A stretch of 64,000 nucleotides of DNA, from assembly GCF_964204645.1 (NCBI RefSeq), contig NC_134025.1, positions 31,538,299 to 31,602,298 on the forward strand. Direction: 5' to 3'. Shown in pieces: positions 36,122 to 51,100 of this stretch. The translations under genes and the position numbers were made by a program. Source of the DNA: Tubulanus polymorphus. Taxonomy: Eukaryota > Animalia > Nemertea. Position 1 is the first letter of the stretch, and each line of letters starts with the position of its first letter. The notes under the pieces were generated by a model. The model searched no databases. It was given only the letters and a program-made list of their open reading frames with translations, and was not told the DNA's origin.

Positions 36122-39100
36122 ATGATGAAGCTCCATTACTAGATGATGTTTTAGGTGTTGGTTTGATAACAAACTCAATGGATGATTGACCTTGAGGTAA
36201 ACCACGTTCATGTAATAAAACTAACACTTGAGTTAATGTCATATCAGTCGGTAGAGCTTGACCTGGAAATAATGAAAATCATACAGTGAACTATTGATAG
36301 GTCGGATTGAACTATAGGGATAAAAGTATCGATAGGTACCTGGTATCAACGCATGATATATCGATAATGAAGTATTATTGGTCGAGAATAGATCATCTCT
36401 AGTAGCAGGGCGCCCTCTACGTGTCGGAGGTCTCTGCATTGTAGGCATGCTACCTCCGTGTTTATACAGATCACGTTTCTCTTTGGCAGACATTCCACTA
36501 GACTGTATTATACCTGTTAAACATCAAACACACATATATCACTGAGACTGAGTCATTGACTATCACTGAGACTCTGTCAGTATCTAATAACACAGATGTG
36601 AAATCTCATTGACAACTGACAGATTTAACTACCAGTCTCACTACAGATTAACTCTTACTGACACAACAGTGGAACTGTGGATCCTGTGGAATCTCTCCTC
36701 CCCCTCAGTGGAACTATGGATCCTGTGGTATCTCCACCCTCTCCCCTCCCCTTGGATCCTGTGGTATCTCCACCCACTTCCCTCCCGCTCAGTGGAACTG
36801 TTTATCCTGTGGTATCTCCCCTCCCCCTCAGTGGAACTGTTTATCCTGTGGTATCTCCCCTCCCCCTCAGTGGAACTGTTTATCCTGTGGTATCTCCCCT
36901 CCCCCTCAGTGGAACTGTTTATCCTGTGGTATCTCCCCTCCCGCTCAGTGGAACTGTTTATCCTGTGGTATCTCCCCTCCCCCTCAGTGGAACTGTTTAT
37001 CCTGTGGTATCTCCCTCTCCCCTCCCCCTCAGTGAAACTGTTTATCCTGTGGTATCTCCCCTCCCCCTCAGTGGAACTGTTTATCCTGTGGTATCTCCCC
37101 TCCCCCTCAGTGGAACTGTTTATCCTGTGGTATCTCCCCTCCCCCTCAGTGGAACTGTTTATCCTGTGGTATCTCCCCTCCCCCTCAGTGGAACTGTTTA
37201 TCCTGTGGTATCTCCCCTCCCCCTCAGTGGAACTGTTTATCCTGTGGTATCTCCCCTCCCCCTCAGTGGAACTGTTTATCCTGTGGTATCTCTCCTCCCC
37301 CTCAGTGGAACTGTTGATCCCATGTTCCCCCCTCAGTGGAACTGTCACTTACCGGAAGCGCTAGATATCTGATCTACGACTTCTATTCCTAGTTCACTCG
37401 CATCCTTCTTTTCATCTTTATCATCATCGTTATTATCGGATAATCTCGTAGAGTTAATGGATGCCGATGTATCAGCGATCATCTGAATAATATCAGCACA
37501 TGTTGTCTGTAAACCGACTGTTATCACTTGATGTTTGTGGCCGGCTCCGAATTTCGGGTGATGAATTTGACTGATTCCGGACGGCCCTTTATGAAGCGGG
37601 ACGCTCGATTTGAAAGCTAATTGTATTTTTTCATCTTCGAGAAGAACTTGTAGGAAAAGACGTCTGGTGAATCCTGATAACGGCAGACTATTGAATACTA
37701 TCGCTGAACCTGTCAAATATATAAAACATCTCAATTATTCATACAGTTACAACTGTGAATTAGAAACAGACTCAAGGGTCAAGTCTCAATCGACTACTGT
37801 AGACTCAACCTGCTCGAGGCAGCTAGTTAATTCCCGGGCAGTTTGATGGCTGTTATCACAAGAAGGCAACTATCTCCACGGCAAACACAGTATTTAAACT
37901 CTATTAACTATAATCTAACTCAAAACTGTAGAAATCCCTGTTTAACAAAAATATGATTTATAATTCTGAGTAATATGTAATAGTAGCACCAGGGGGCGTT
38001 ATACGTACCAGGTTGGGTTATACCCTGTTCTTTAACGACATTACACAGCACCTGCGCGAACAGATGCTGAGCTATTGAATGTCCGGCGGTAACGTTAGTG
38101 AAGAACGCGACCGTAGCCGTCTCTACCGCTGCCCTCTGTTGGCCGCTGAGTAGTTTATGAGAGTGGAATATAGGTGGCGTACATGTAGTAGATTGTAGAG
38201 GATTCGTACACAACATCGTCATCAAAACCGGCCAGAAAATATTAGCGTAATCGCTGACTAACCAATCCTTCATCACCGGTTCACGGGAAACATCAGATAG
38301 GAAATTCAATATGGCCGCTACTAAATCTACCGTTATACTAACTCCTTTATCTATAGAGAATTAAAGAATCAATTAATTCATTTCATTCGAAATAACATCG
38401 AAATACTAACTCCTTTATCTATAGAGAATTAAAGAATTAATTAATTCATTTCATACAAAATAACATTGAAATATAGATGTTCAGATGTATTTTTACCTGA
38501 TGAAACTGAAGTGACTGAAACCGATCTTGTTTTACGTTTTAACGATTCAGTTTTTGCTGAATCAGTTTCAGCGATTGATTCGCTCATATAACCGAGCTGT
38601 CGCGTACAGAACTCCAGTAAACTCTGACACAATATCTCCGGGAATCCCGAATCTAATAACTGATGAATGGCGGCCTCTGATTGACACGCTACGGCTAACG
38701 TCATCAAATGACAGTCGTTCAGGACGATATTCCCGATATCGAACATCTCAGAGTTTGACGATGAATTTTGACAAGCTTCTTTAGAATCGTCGGTCATTGA
38801 TTGTAGTTGGGCGTTGATGTCGTTAGATAACGGTGCTGGACCGTGTGTTAGACTGATTCCCATCCATTCCATCAGTAATGATAGATAGTAAGGTTGTATG
38901 TGACACATCGATGATATAACGCTGTCTACCGCTTGTTTTAATGTAGCGTTTTGTAAAACTGTCGACCATTCGTACATTGAACTGTAAATAATCATGTACA
39001 ATAAATATCACCAGGGTTCGGTTTCATGTAGCTTAAATCAGTTAAGTTTGAATTGTTGTCCTCATTGAAAACATGAAGTAACCAATGGTGATTACACAAA

Positions 39101-42100
39101 AAATTTGAGTTAACTTATTTGTGAAACTGGGCCCGGAGGAAAAGGTTTACAGCGGACCTCTTAAACCCCTGCTCAAACCAGATTCGATAAATCTGATCAT
39201 TCAACTCACTCAATTAACACTCTCAAGTCACACTAAACTGAGTTGAGTCTAATCTATATTTAACTTGCCTTTATTCAATCTTAATTTAAAGATTTGTTCC
39301 TTTTTCTAAGGAGAAAGTCTGAGATCTCACCTGAATAAATCTCTAGTAATCACGCCCTGTAGGTCGTAGGTAACCGGTAGTTCTTGACTTTGCCACAAGA
39401 TGGCGGCGACGCAGTGAACGTGACTGGACGATGGATTAGGTAAACCCTCGTCTAACAGAGTGGAGTAAGGTGGAAGTGGAGTGGAATCTCTCGAGAACGA
39501 TGTATTCCGCTGTAAGGCTTTACGCGCGTTGTCGCCGAGCCATTCCATTAAACACTGAACTCTAGTCGCTGTTCCCTCGTCCTGTGTCATTCCTAACTGA
39601 TACAGTATATCTACAGTAGCCTCGTTAGAAATTCCATTCATTTTACCGTAAAGTGGAAGCATTGAATCTGACGCAACTGAAATAGAAATAATACAGTTAG
39701 GAAATTTATCATCGTATTAACACAGAAGGATCTTTTCTGAGATGTAGTTGAAACTCAGTTCTCATTTAGATTCGACTCTAAATCAGTTCATCGCTGATGT
39801 TTTTACTTTTCTTGTGTCAAATCCAATTGACAACTGTGAAACTGAACCCAGTCCCACAGTTGTGAGTTACTGTTAAAATCAGTTCATTTCCAAAGTTTTA
39901 ACTCTTGAGTCAAATCCAATGGACAACCGTTGAACTGGATTGTAATAAATATTCATTCCTCTAGATCCAGTTCCACAACTCGGTTTAGATTTAACTGTTG
40001 AGTGGAATTTAGTTCATTTTCAATGTATTAACTCAGAGTGAACAGTGGAACAGTGGAACAGTGGAACAGTGGAACCGGCTGCAGGTAAACGTAGATCTAA
40101 CTCATACCTGATTCAGATGATGGATTCCTCAGTAGATTATCGATCAATGTAAGTCCTGTTTGTGTAGAATGTAATCCTAGTTTTAGTAAAACGGTTTCTA
40201 GATGTGTAGAGAATGTATTGGCTACTGTAGATACGAGCATCGCGCTACACGTGTGTAACAGACTCGCGCTAGGAGCGGCACGTTCCGCAACCCGGTTACT
40301 CATCTCAACAGGCTGCATTAAACAATGATGTAACAATCGTAACCAACACATACTGAAAATACACAACAATCACATCAGTTAAATCACTAGCAAATTCAAA
40401 TTCGTTTTTTTAAAAATTTCTACAACTTCAAACGATATGTACCTAGTTTTAGCGAGTTCGTCCGACGAGTTCGAACTGTTCCCATTGTTGTGTCTCATCG
40501 CCATTGACGACGAACTTAAATCGCCGAAAGCCGTGCTGCCTAGCAACATAATCTGAGATAATCCGAGAGTATTAGAATCTCTAGGTTTATGTAATCTCAG
40601 CGTAACGATACTAGCGACCTCGGGCCGGTGTAACTGTAGTTTGATTAGCATGAGACCGCTGGTGACTTGCGGAGGACAGATCGGTATAAAACTGATTCCA
40701 TCTCGACTGATCTCTAGACTTACACTCGACGGACAAGCTACAAATAAAACACATCACACACTCAGTGAACAGTGACTGTATTATCAGTGCAGAATTGTCA
40801 ATGAATTATCCTGCAGTAGATGATATTTCAAAGTTTAACATATCAATTTTGAGATTTATCTAAATCTGATCATCAGACAGACAGTTATCTGAAGATGGAA
40901 GATGAAACTATCTGATGATAACTTTGAAATATCATCAGATGCAGGATTATTCATTTTCTACCTCACTCATAATCATATGGTATAATTCAACAACATAAGA
41001 ATGAATTTGAATGCGTGAGGTATGAGATACTTACTCGCTAATGAGGTTAAATGAGGTCTAATATGAACCTCCTTAAGCAGTACAGCACACGACAGTTGAA
41101 TGTGTAAATCGACCCAGGCCTCGTCCGGGTAGAAATGATACGACCAGGCGGCGCTACGAGCTCGTCTGTGCGGTAAGAATGATTGGATTAATACGTCTGC
41201 TGGTCCGGCGCTCGGGTTGCTAGACGATATCGTACCTATAAATACAATACACGATACAATCACCATCCAGATCTACAGTTGTGTAAGATGAGAGTTTAAA
41301 CCTTAGTAATGAACTAACTTTAACTGTTACGTCAAATTAAACTGAGACCTGTGGAACTGAGTCCAGAACTGTGGAACTGAGTCCAGAACTGTGGAACTGA
41401 GTCCAGAACTGTGGAACTGGCTCCAGAATTGTGGAACTGAGTCCAGAACTGTGGAACTGAGTCCAGAACTTAGATCTGAGTCCAGAACTGTGGAACTGAG
41501 TCCAGAACTGTGGAACTGAGTCCAGAACTGTGGAACTGAGTCCAGAACTGTGGAACTGAGTCCAGAACTTAGATCTGAGTCCAGTTACTAGTGAGTCCAG
41601 GGCATCAGTTCCACAGATGGTGGTAAACATTTGACTTGTGAATTGAAAGTGAACTAATTTTAACCCTTATTCGCTACTGTGGAACTGAAATATCTGAGAT
41701 TCAACATGAATCAGTTTGTAAAGTGGGTTGTACTACTTACTTTGAGGAGCGAAGTTAGTGAGACCCTCTCCTGTATCATCGGTAGCTGAATTCTGTTGTT
41801 GCTGCTGTTGTTTGGAAGTAGTTGTTGGTTTAGTAGCGCACAGATACGGCATTATACCGGAGATAAAACTAGGAGTAGTACTAATCAACTGTTTACTACT
41901 CCACACCATATTATTACAGATTACTTCAATTCCTCCTGTAAAATAATCAATCAATCAGTCAGATAACCCGGTAACCAGTCCGCGAGCAAACAGGTGACCA
42001 GTCAACTTACCGAGCTCGATGAATGTCTCAAACGCAGGTTTACAATCCAACACTCCGACTAGTATCCATAGAAACGGTTCCGATAAATGACATCCGGTTT

Positions 42101-45100
42101 GTAGCCGCGAGTTTTGACTCGTGAAATAATCGAATATTGAACGAATGATTAATTTTAAATCAGTCGATTTACGATTTAAAGTGCTCAATATTTGAAATAT
42201 ACAATCACCGACGGAGATAGGATCTAATTCTGAGCACGCCTGTTGAGCGTTACACCCTAGCGACCCGGTTCCCATTAGTAACGCTATCGTGTTACTGTTA
42301 CATCTGTTTAACGAATGAATTAAATCATTCATAATTTGACCGTGAGTCAGAATTATATCGGAGATCGTCGGTTCTTTTGTTTCCGTCTCCGGGCGATCGA
42401 TATCGCTATAATGTGAACACGATCGTCGTGACGATATCTCGCATTTTTGTTCGTCCGTTTCCGCCGGTCCGAGCTGTGATTGGTTGATTTTACTCGAGTC
42501 GGTCATCGCCGATAACTCGACGCCGTTAGCTCCGCCCCCAGCCGTAGCCGCGGATACTAATGAAGCGATCGCATTGGCTCGACTGCTGCGATGCGGTAAC
42601 GCGACTTGGATCAGAGAATTGACGAGTTTCAGTAAATTACAGACGAGAACATCTCGCGTGGCTTCACCCTGCATCACTCGAGCATCTCCTGGACATAACA
42701 TCGACGCAAATAATCTACGAATGTAACAAATAATACACAGTGAAAATATACTGAAATTATTGAAATGAAGCGGAAATTATTGAAATTATCTATAATTATT
42801 GATTTGCTTATTTTAGAAATAAACAGTGATCACTTTAAAGAAATGAAGATATTGAAATAAATAAGATATACTGACCCTCCGAAGCATGATTTCGGGTTGA
42901 CACTGTTCTCTAATGAACTATTACAGGTCACTCTCTCCTGACTCAGAATGTGCTGTTTAGTTAACGTACAGATTGAAGTGATCACACTAATAGCATTATT
43001 GATGTCGACTCCTTCAAAATCCTGTTCTAAAATGTGTTCTAGCAGTCGATACTGGGCGTCTAATGGACCCAAACCACATTGAAACGGTCCTCTGAAATCA
43101 ATCAGTAAATCTCAGGGTTAAATTTGAGTTCATAGAAACTGATATCATGAATTAAACTCTATGACTTTTGAGTCCTTGTTTGACTCTATAGAAAGAACTG
43201 GTTAATTTCAAATCTCAACTGATATTATCCCTTACCTTTCAGCAGTCAATGTATAAACAAGTCTGAGTAAAAGTTCCCTGAGATGAGTTTCATTCTCTGT
43301 GGAACATCGTGCGTTTAATCTTAACAGGAAACTCTGGAACACTTGAGTCGTAGTCGGTCCAACCTTTAATACATTATCAATATTACAGTCACTCCCGATG
43401 ACTCTAGAGTCAATAAACTACTAATTACTCAATAATCGAGAATGTAGATATTTTATACATTACCTGTGAAGTTTGATTTGTAGGAGTTGATCCCGATAAG
43501 AATTTAATGAGTACCGGAACCAGATAACTGTCGGCCATGATAACAGACGCCATAGGTCTATCAGACGGGTCCTGACACCTGGTGTTCGTTAACCATGTCA
43601 GAGCCTGAAACGCTAGAGTCCACGTTCTTACCGAGATATTCGGGACGATCGTCAGCGTGTGAAATAATGAATTAACGGCGACTGGAGTTAAAGGAATTAA
43701 CGGAATTCGACTTGAATCGAACGTTATTTCCTCACAGTTACTGTCATCATTCATAGTTAACCACAGCGAGAGGAGAGTATCTAAATCTACTCTATACGTC
43801 GGTAACTGTAGAACCAAGTGATTAAAACAAGTACTTAACATTTCATACGACGATATCTGACTCTGAAATTAAATAAACACAATACATTATACTTAATACT
43901 GTACATAGAAATATACATTTTTCATGTGTCCTCAATAATTGAAGGGGACATAATCGGCATATTCCTTAACCCGGTTTCATAGACTCAAAGTAACCACTAG
44001 TGGTCTCAGGATTCCTCAGTGGTCTCAGGATTCCTGAGGGTCTCTTTGATTCTAATACGAACCTCATGAGTTGCATTGAACAATCCAGCATCATTTATCT
44101 GTTCATCATCTGTAACTGTTGACGACTGATAATACATCGATTCTACCGCACTCGGTAACCCAGGTAACGGAGACAATAACGCATTGTTGAATATTTCGAC
44201 CTCCATCGATATCATCATTTTCAGCCGGAGTTCGGTGGTTAATTCAATACCGAACTCCAACCTTGAATCCATAGCGATAGAAGTACCTGAACTGTTCGCT
44301 CCAGAAATACGGTTTATCAGTAAATGATCGGCGATACTTTTCTTCAGTCGATTTAAACGATCGATTTTAGTTTGTTGCGTCTCACATTTTTCAGCTCTGA
44401 AAATAGAATTGAAATTATAACTGGTAAGCCGATATTTCAAGCAGAGACGCAGGGTCATAGATAGTGGAACTGGGATCTCGTGGATTGTGGAACCGAAGTC
44501 TCCTGGATTGTGGAAGTGGAATTATTTTTACTCACTGTATATTAAGTGCGTTCTCGTTGATGATTTTAGAGACGCCCGACGTTGATTGAACGACGTTCAT
44601 TATTGGGTAGTTGTTATTGACGACAGACGCTGCTGTATTTTCATCCGTTAACAGTATATCCATTAACTGATAACCGGAGGAAGCAGATGGCTCCTCCGAC
44701 ACCGGAGTCACCCCAGTCATCTGCTCCAACACCGGAGCAACCCCAGTCATCTCCTCCAACACCGGAGCCACCCCTGCCATCTCCTCCAACTGCGAGTTGT
44801 CTCCGGAGTGATTATTTTCCGCTGAACTATTCTCCTCGCTGTTGTTACCTTGACCTCCTCCGATACTGTCGTCTGTCTCCGATAGCGACGCCGTGATATC
44901 ATCGTCTGTTATCACGTCACTAACGGTTACCATCGGATACAGACGCTCACCTACAATCAATCGTTAATCATTAATTCATATAGTTGATTTTAATCGTGGA
45001 TTAGAATTAAACCGGCGTCAATAAATAAACTTACTCTCTAGTATATCTAGTAGTAGACAGGTAACTGAGTGTACGGCCCACGGTCCGCCCCAAGCGTTAC

Positions 45101-48100
45101 CAGTATTACTGTGTTCAATACTAGAACACAACATTATAAACTGTTCCAACTGATCTTGAGTCATCGCTTCAGAGAGTGAAATAGCAGGACGCGTTGTACT
45201 GACTATACGTGCCAGAACCTACAATATATCATCATTATACACGTGTGTATCAGCAGCCATAACACTAACAACATTGGGTTTTTATGAGGTAGGGTTAAAT
45301 CATTTAAACATTACAAGATTTGATGAGTAATAATATTACTTGGAGGGGTCCATTGAGGGAGAGGGGTTACTGGTATTCGTTGGAGGGTTCAGATGAAAAT
45401 GAAATAGATATTGTATCAAACTAGGAGGCGGAGTTATTGAAATAATGATTGACACTTACTTTACATGTAATCAGGAATAAGTCTGTACTACAAGTGAAAT
45501 CCATGGATAGAAGTAAAGAGACTAAACCTCTAACGACCGGGATACATCTGTCACGTGGTAACACAATCACTGTATCTGTATCAATATCACATAATGAATC
45601 CTTATCTCCGTTTGTGAGATTCCCTGAATTCATGTCTTTCGGTATTTTACGTAGAATCTCCGCGTCTGTTCGTCTGATGTGCATTATATCTTTAAAATGC
45701 TGCAAATAATCAATAGAAATTTGAAAATCTGGGATCAGTATTAAAACTAACATTTTATAAAATACAATACTGGGGCCAATTAGTCAAAAAGGTTGGCTAG
45801 AGTTAACCAGTGGATAGTTGACATAGTGACAATTAAAAGTTCATTTTTACTATGCTCATCTTTAACCAACTTTTGAGCAACTGGCCCCGGATCTGCGATA
45901 ACTTTGGAATGAAATACTGAAATAACCAATGAAATTCCACATAAAATCAGGGTCTGGTTTCATGAAAAAGTTGAAGTCGCAAGTTTTTGGTGTAATTGCT
46001 GTTGGTCTCATTCATGTTTACAATGAGGACAACGATTTAAAGCTGAAACCCTGGACCTGGTTCCACTACTATTCTCAATCAGAAACAGAATTACGAGATT
46101 CTTACCTTTGATGTATATTGTTTGAGTTGTTTTTTAAACAGATGTTCCTGTTGTTTCATGATCACCTCGGTCTCTTTACTCAGAGAAGACCCGACGAGTT
46201 TCTCTTTCTGTGTGTTGAAGAATATTTTCTTTGCTTGTTGTAAATCGAGAAGTTGTTGTTTATGATGCATTAGTCGTTTGTGAAGTTTACGTCGATACAT
46301 TTTAGTCGATGACTTCGCGTTTGATTTACTGTTATGAATCGCGGAATCACCGAGCAGGAAATCCCAGTGATTGTTGCCCGGTTGCGCGTCGTTGCTACGG
46401 TGATTATTACCGGTTTTTTTACCGTCGCCGTCCGAGTCGGTGTTATTGTTGTTGAGGGTAAGGTCGAGTGTTTTGGTGAGGAACACCAGCAGACGACTGA
46501 TTAACGGTAAATCTATAGCTGCTGAAATTTAAAATACTCCCGTAGTGATTACCATAGAAACTAAATCAAATTCCTAATAATCTCAACAGTTGTTTCAATA
46601 ATATTTAAACAAAATGCCCCAGCTCCACAGCTGTGGGTTGATAATTGATGAGTTGTCATAGCGATGTATCATACTTACACATTGATTGTTGACCGTTTGA
46701 CCGGTGTCCAGTGTGACCAGTAGTGGACAGCGGTACGAGTAATCTCGCTAACAGTGATAATAAACTCTGTAGTATTCGACTAGCGTTGCTGCACATCAGT
46801 GATTTCTGTCCAAGAGTCGTCAATAACACAAACACTCTATAAAATAATACACATTCAAATAAACAATCTTTACTTCAGGATCCAGTCTAAACTTCAGGAT
46901 CCAATCTAAACTTCAGGATCCAGTCTTAACTTCAGGATCCAGTCTTAACTTCAGGATCCAATCTTAACTTCAGGATCCAGTCTTAACTTCAGGATCCAGT
47001 CTTAACTTCAGGATCCAATCTTATCTTCAGGATCCAGTCTAAACTTCAGGATCCAGTCTAAACTTCAGGATCCAGTCTAAACTTCAGGATCCAATCTTAT
47101 CTTCAGGATCCAATCTAAACTTCAGGATCCAATCAAAACTTCAGGATCCAGTCTTAACTTCAGGATCCAATCTTAACTTCAGGATCCAGTCTAAACTTCA
47201 GGATCCAGTCTTAACTTCAGGATCCAATCTAAACTTCAGGATCCAATCAAAACTTCAGGATCCAGTCTTAACTTCAGGATCCAATCTTAACTTCAGGATC
47301 CAGTCTAAACTTCAGGATCCAGTCTTAACTTCAGGATCCAATCTAAACTTCAGGATCCAATCAAAACTTCAGGATCCAGTCTTAACTTCAGGATCCAATC
47401 TTAACTTCAGGATCCAATCTAAACTTCAGGATCCAATCTAAATTCAGGATCCAATCTAAACTTCAGGATCCAGTCTTAACTTCAGGATCCAGTCTTAACT
47501 TCAGGATCCAGTCTTAACTTCAGGATCCAGTCTAAACTTCAGGATCCAATCTTAACTTCAGGATCCAATCTAAACTTCAGGACCCAATCTTAACTTCAGG
47601 ATCCAGTCTAAACTTCAGGATCCAGTCTTAACTTCAGGATCCAGTCTAAACTTCAGGATCCAATCTTAACTTCAGGATCCAATCTAAACTTCAGGACCCA
47701 ATCTAAACTTCAGGATCCAATCTAAACTTCAGGATCCAATCTAAACTTCAGGATCCAATCTAAACTTCAGGATCCAGTCTAAACTTCAGGATCCAATCTT
47801 AACTTCAGGATCCAATCTAAACTTCAGGACCCAATCTTAACTTCAGGATCCAATCTAAACTTCAGGATCCAATCTAAACTTCAGGACCCAGTTCTAAAGT
47901 TTCCAGTTAAAGTTTCACAGGATGCAGCAATCACAATAATCAGGACCCAGTTCCACAGTTGTGAGTTAACTCTGAGTTATAGTTAGTTCATTTTCAATGA
48001 GTTAGCTCTAAGTCAAATCTTAACTCTTAGGTTTAGAGTCTAACAAGATCTTAGTTCCATAGATCATCTAACAATTTAACACCAGTCTAAAGATTTAAGA

Positions 48101-51100
48101 TCACTTTTGGACTGAAATCATGACGTTGAAACTGGACCTGGAATTTTTAGAACAAGTTCTCGACATAGATAGATGTAACGTACCTTTCTTGAGGAATAAT
48201 TCGTACTTGATGCGAGCCGAATAAATCATTGATAGCATTACCGAGGAAATCTCCCCACCACGGCTGCCGCCCACACATTCTAACCAGTAACATACCGCCG
48301 GTAAGCTGCATGTGTTTAGTTCCGTGGATACAGAGATTTTGGAAGAGAGTTTGACAGACGTTAGGATCGAACAGTGAATAAAGCGATGCCGGTAGATTAG
48401 GTATCGCGGTAGATGCAGCTGTCATACTCAATAATGACTTCAACAGATACTCGGATAAAACTCTCAGTTTGTCTAACGACGCTTGTTTTAGAGCTATTTC
48501 CGAGTCATCCGATGCGTTAGTTCCGTCGATACCCAGCGATCTCTGTAATCTATTTACAGCTTTCTGAGCGAGATTCAGCTGCAGCTGCAGCTGCGAACAG
48601 TCGTTATACGTCTGCACTACTTTCTGATCACCGGGACGTTTTATATTACTGTTCCATTTAGTTTGAACGGACTGATTTACAGACTGATCCAATCCTTTTA
48701 ATAGTGATTCCAATCTGTGTCTGGCGAGACTATATCTACACAGAATATCCTCCTGCAGTGATAGCAACACGCTCATATGCGACATTATCGCCGGTCTCGT
48801 CACTGTAGAGGGAGCCACCGGTACCGTTTCCCCGTCCAGTCCTTGCATTCCTAACATTCCATTGTCGTGTTCCCACGGCAATATGAACGTGTGACCGTAG
48901 AATGAACCAATCGGGATGCGGGATCGAGTTGTACTGGCGCCATAGCGACCAATTGTTGTCATCTACAAAAGAATGGTTTAATTGGAAACTTATTTACAAA
49001 ATCAACGATGAGTTTAATTTTACAGTACACTCCGCTTGAGTCTGATCTTTCTAGATAAAATTTGTCAGAATCGAGAATGATATTCGAGTCTGATGGTTTA
49101 TGCCATCAGTTAGAGGGGTAGAAAAATTCCTATTTTCTCTGAGCTCAACCCAATACCTCCTGAGTTTACCAGGCAGGGAAACCAATTTCCCCATTCACTA
49201 ATTCCTTGAGTTTCCCTGAATTCCTTGTAAATCTTTCTGATACCCAGTTTTCCAGTGCCCCCCACCCTCCATCAGGCTGAGCGAAATCTACTGAAACCGA
49301 GTGACAATTAAAGAAACAAACCTTTAAATATCTGCAGATCGGAGCCGGTGTTAAATCATTCATGACTAGAGGGCGCAGTCCGATATCTGAAGCTACGATC
49401 AGTCGTCTGCCATCGATCTCTTCTCCTCTCTCCCAAACATCAATAGATAACGAAGCTAAATCATTGCACGTAGGAATGAGAATATCAGTGAGTAGAATAG
49501 ATTTACCGAAATCTAAAACTACAAAACGTCGCGCTCCAGAATGCATTCTCTCTACGACCAGTACGTGAGGGGGCGGGGGTTGTAGAATAGTCTGCGATTG
49601 AGATATAGATGGCACCACCGGTACGCTAACAGGCGTCGATTTCTCGATCTTATTACTGCCAGTCTGAAATATCAATCAATAATATCAATTAATGACCCAT
49701 CAATCAACAATGACCTGTCAATCAAACACAGATTGATCTAAGTTCCCCTCGTGGTGTGGAACTAACCTTGATCATTTTAACTTTAGCCCCGAGCGGGTCG
49801 AGGTCAGGATTGTAACCTTCGTTAGGCGGAGTCATCGGAGGAGTCATAAATAGCGGAGTCGTTTTTGGAGTCGGAGGGAATAGTTCCGATGAACTACCGT
49901 AGCTGTATTGTAATACAGGTGGCGCTGGTGTTTGAGAACTCTCCGCTAGTTTCTGTTCTAATTTTGCTTTCTGCGCCTGGAAACATTCAACAATGAAATC
50001 AGTTTGAATCATTTGAATATTCTACGTATAATTAATTTCAACGAGAAAGTAAATTATGTAAAATTATTTTGACTACATGAAATGTAATATGAAAATTAAA
50101 TGTTAATGTACAATGAGGGAGACTAGGGGGGAGGGGAGGATCAGTTTGGGGGGAGGGGGATCAGTTCAGAGGGAGGGGATTCTATCTGTAGATATCTATT
50201 CTAAAGTGTCAGTTGTTAATTGTTGTGAAAGGTATCAAGCTGGTATTTGGTATCCAGAAAACAGATACTGAGTATCAATAGCTGTTTGTATGTAATATAT
50301 AAACTCCATTATAGGAATTCATCGATCTAAAGGTCCGTAGTTTAACTGATTCACAAGTTTATCATCACATTTCAAACCCCTTTGTGTCCTGACAATGCAA
50401 TTCTTGGCTAGGAAGTCACACTTGGTCACACACCAATCAGCTAGGGTTAGGGTTAGAGGAACTCCTTACTGGGGACACCACTGGTTGCCCAATGCTGGAT
50501 GTTCACCAACCAGCTAGGGTTAGGGTTAGGGTTAGGATCAGAGGAACTCCTGACTGGGGACACCAATTGGTTGCCCAATGCTGGACATACACCAGGCATT
50601 CAGTCAGTCTCGCCAGTGAGGTGGTGTCACACCTGGTAAACTCTATTGTGTCTATAGGAGTGCAATCACCCATAGTAGTACAGATCAACTCAATTCATAG
50701 ATTACCAAGAATTATTCAAATTGGACAGTAGAAATGATTTCATAATAATTATCATAATAATCATTATATATAGGATATAATCATATAGTATTAGAATTTA
50801 AAACCTACCAAAGTAAACAAAAGTTTGCTCTTCAAAGACTTGTCGCCGGGCCCGAGTTTTTTCTGAAGAGAAACGCAGTATAATTTGTTCTAATCGGGGA
50901 TTCAAATATAACATTAAGAGAATTCACACACAGAGGGGGGAGGGGGAGGGGGGTGTTGTTAGAGGGGGGTGTGAGTGAGTCAGAGAGATAGAGGGGGGGC
51001 GGCTGGTAGAACAGAGACTGTATGAGCTAGAAATGAGTGACGCCAACTAAAACATGGTACACAGAAAATGATATGATACAAACTAAACCCCCACACCCCA

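Noticed and set aside
36609-37372. Three 230-250-aa ORFs with 13-aa period
   Set aside because: 39-bp intronic minisatellite; open frames on both strands are a by-product.
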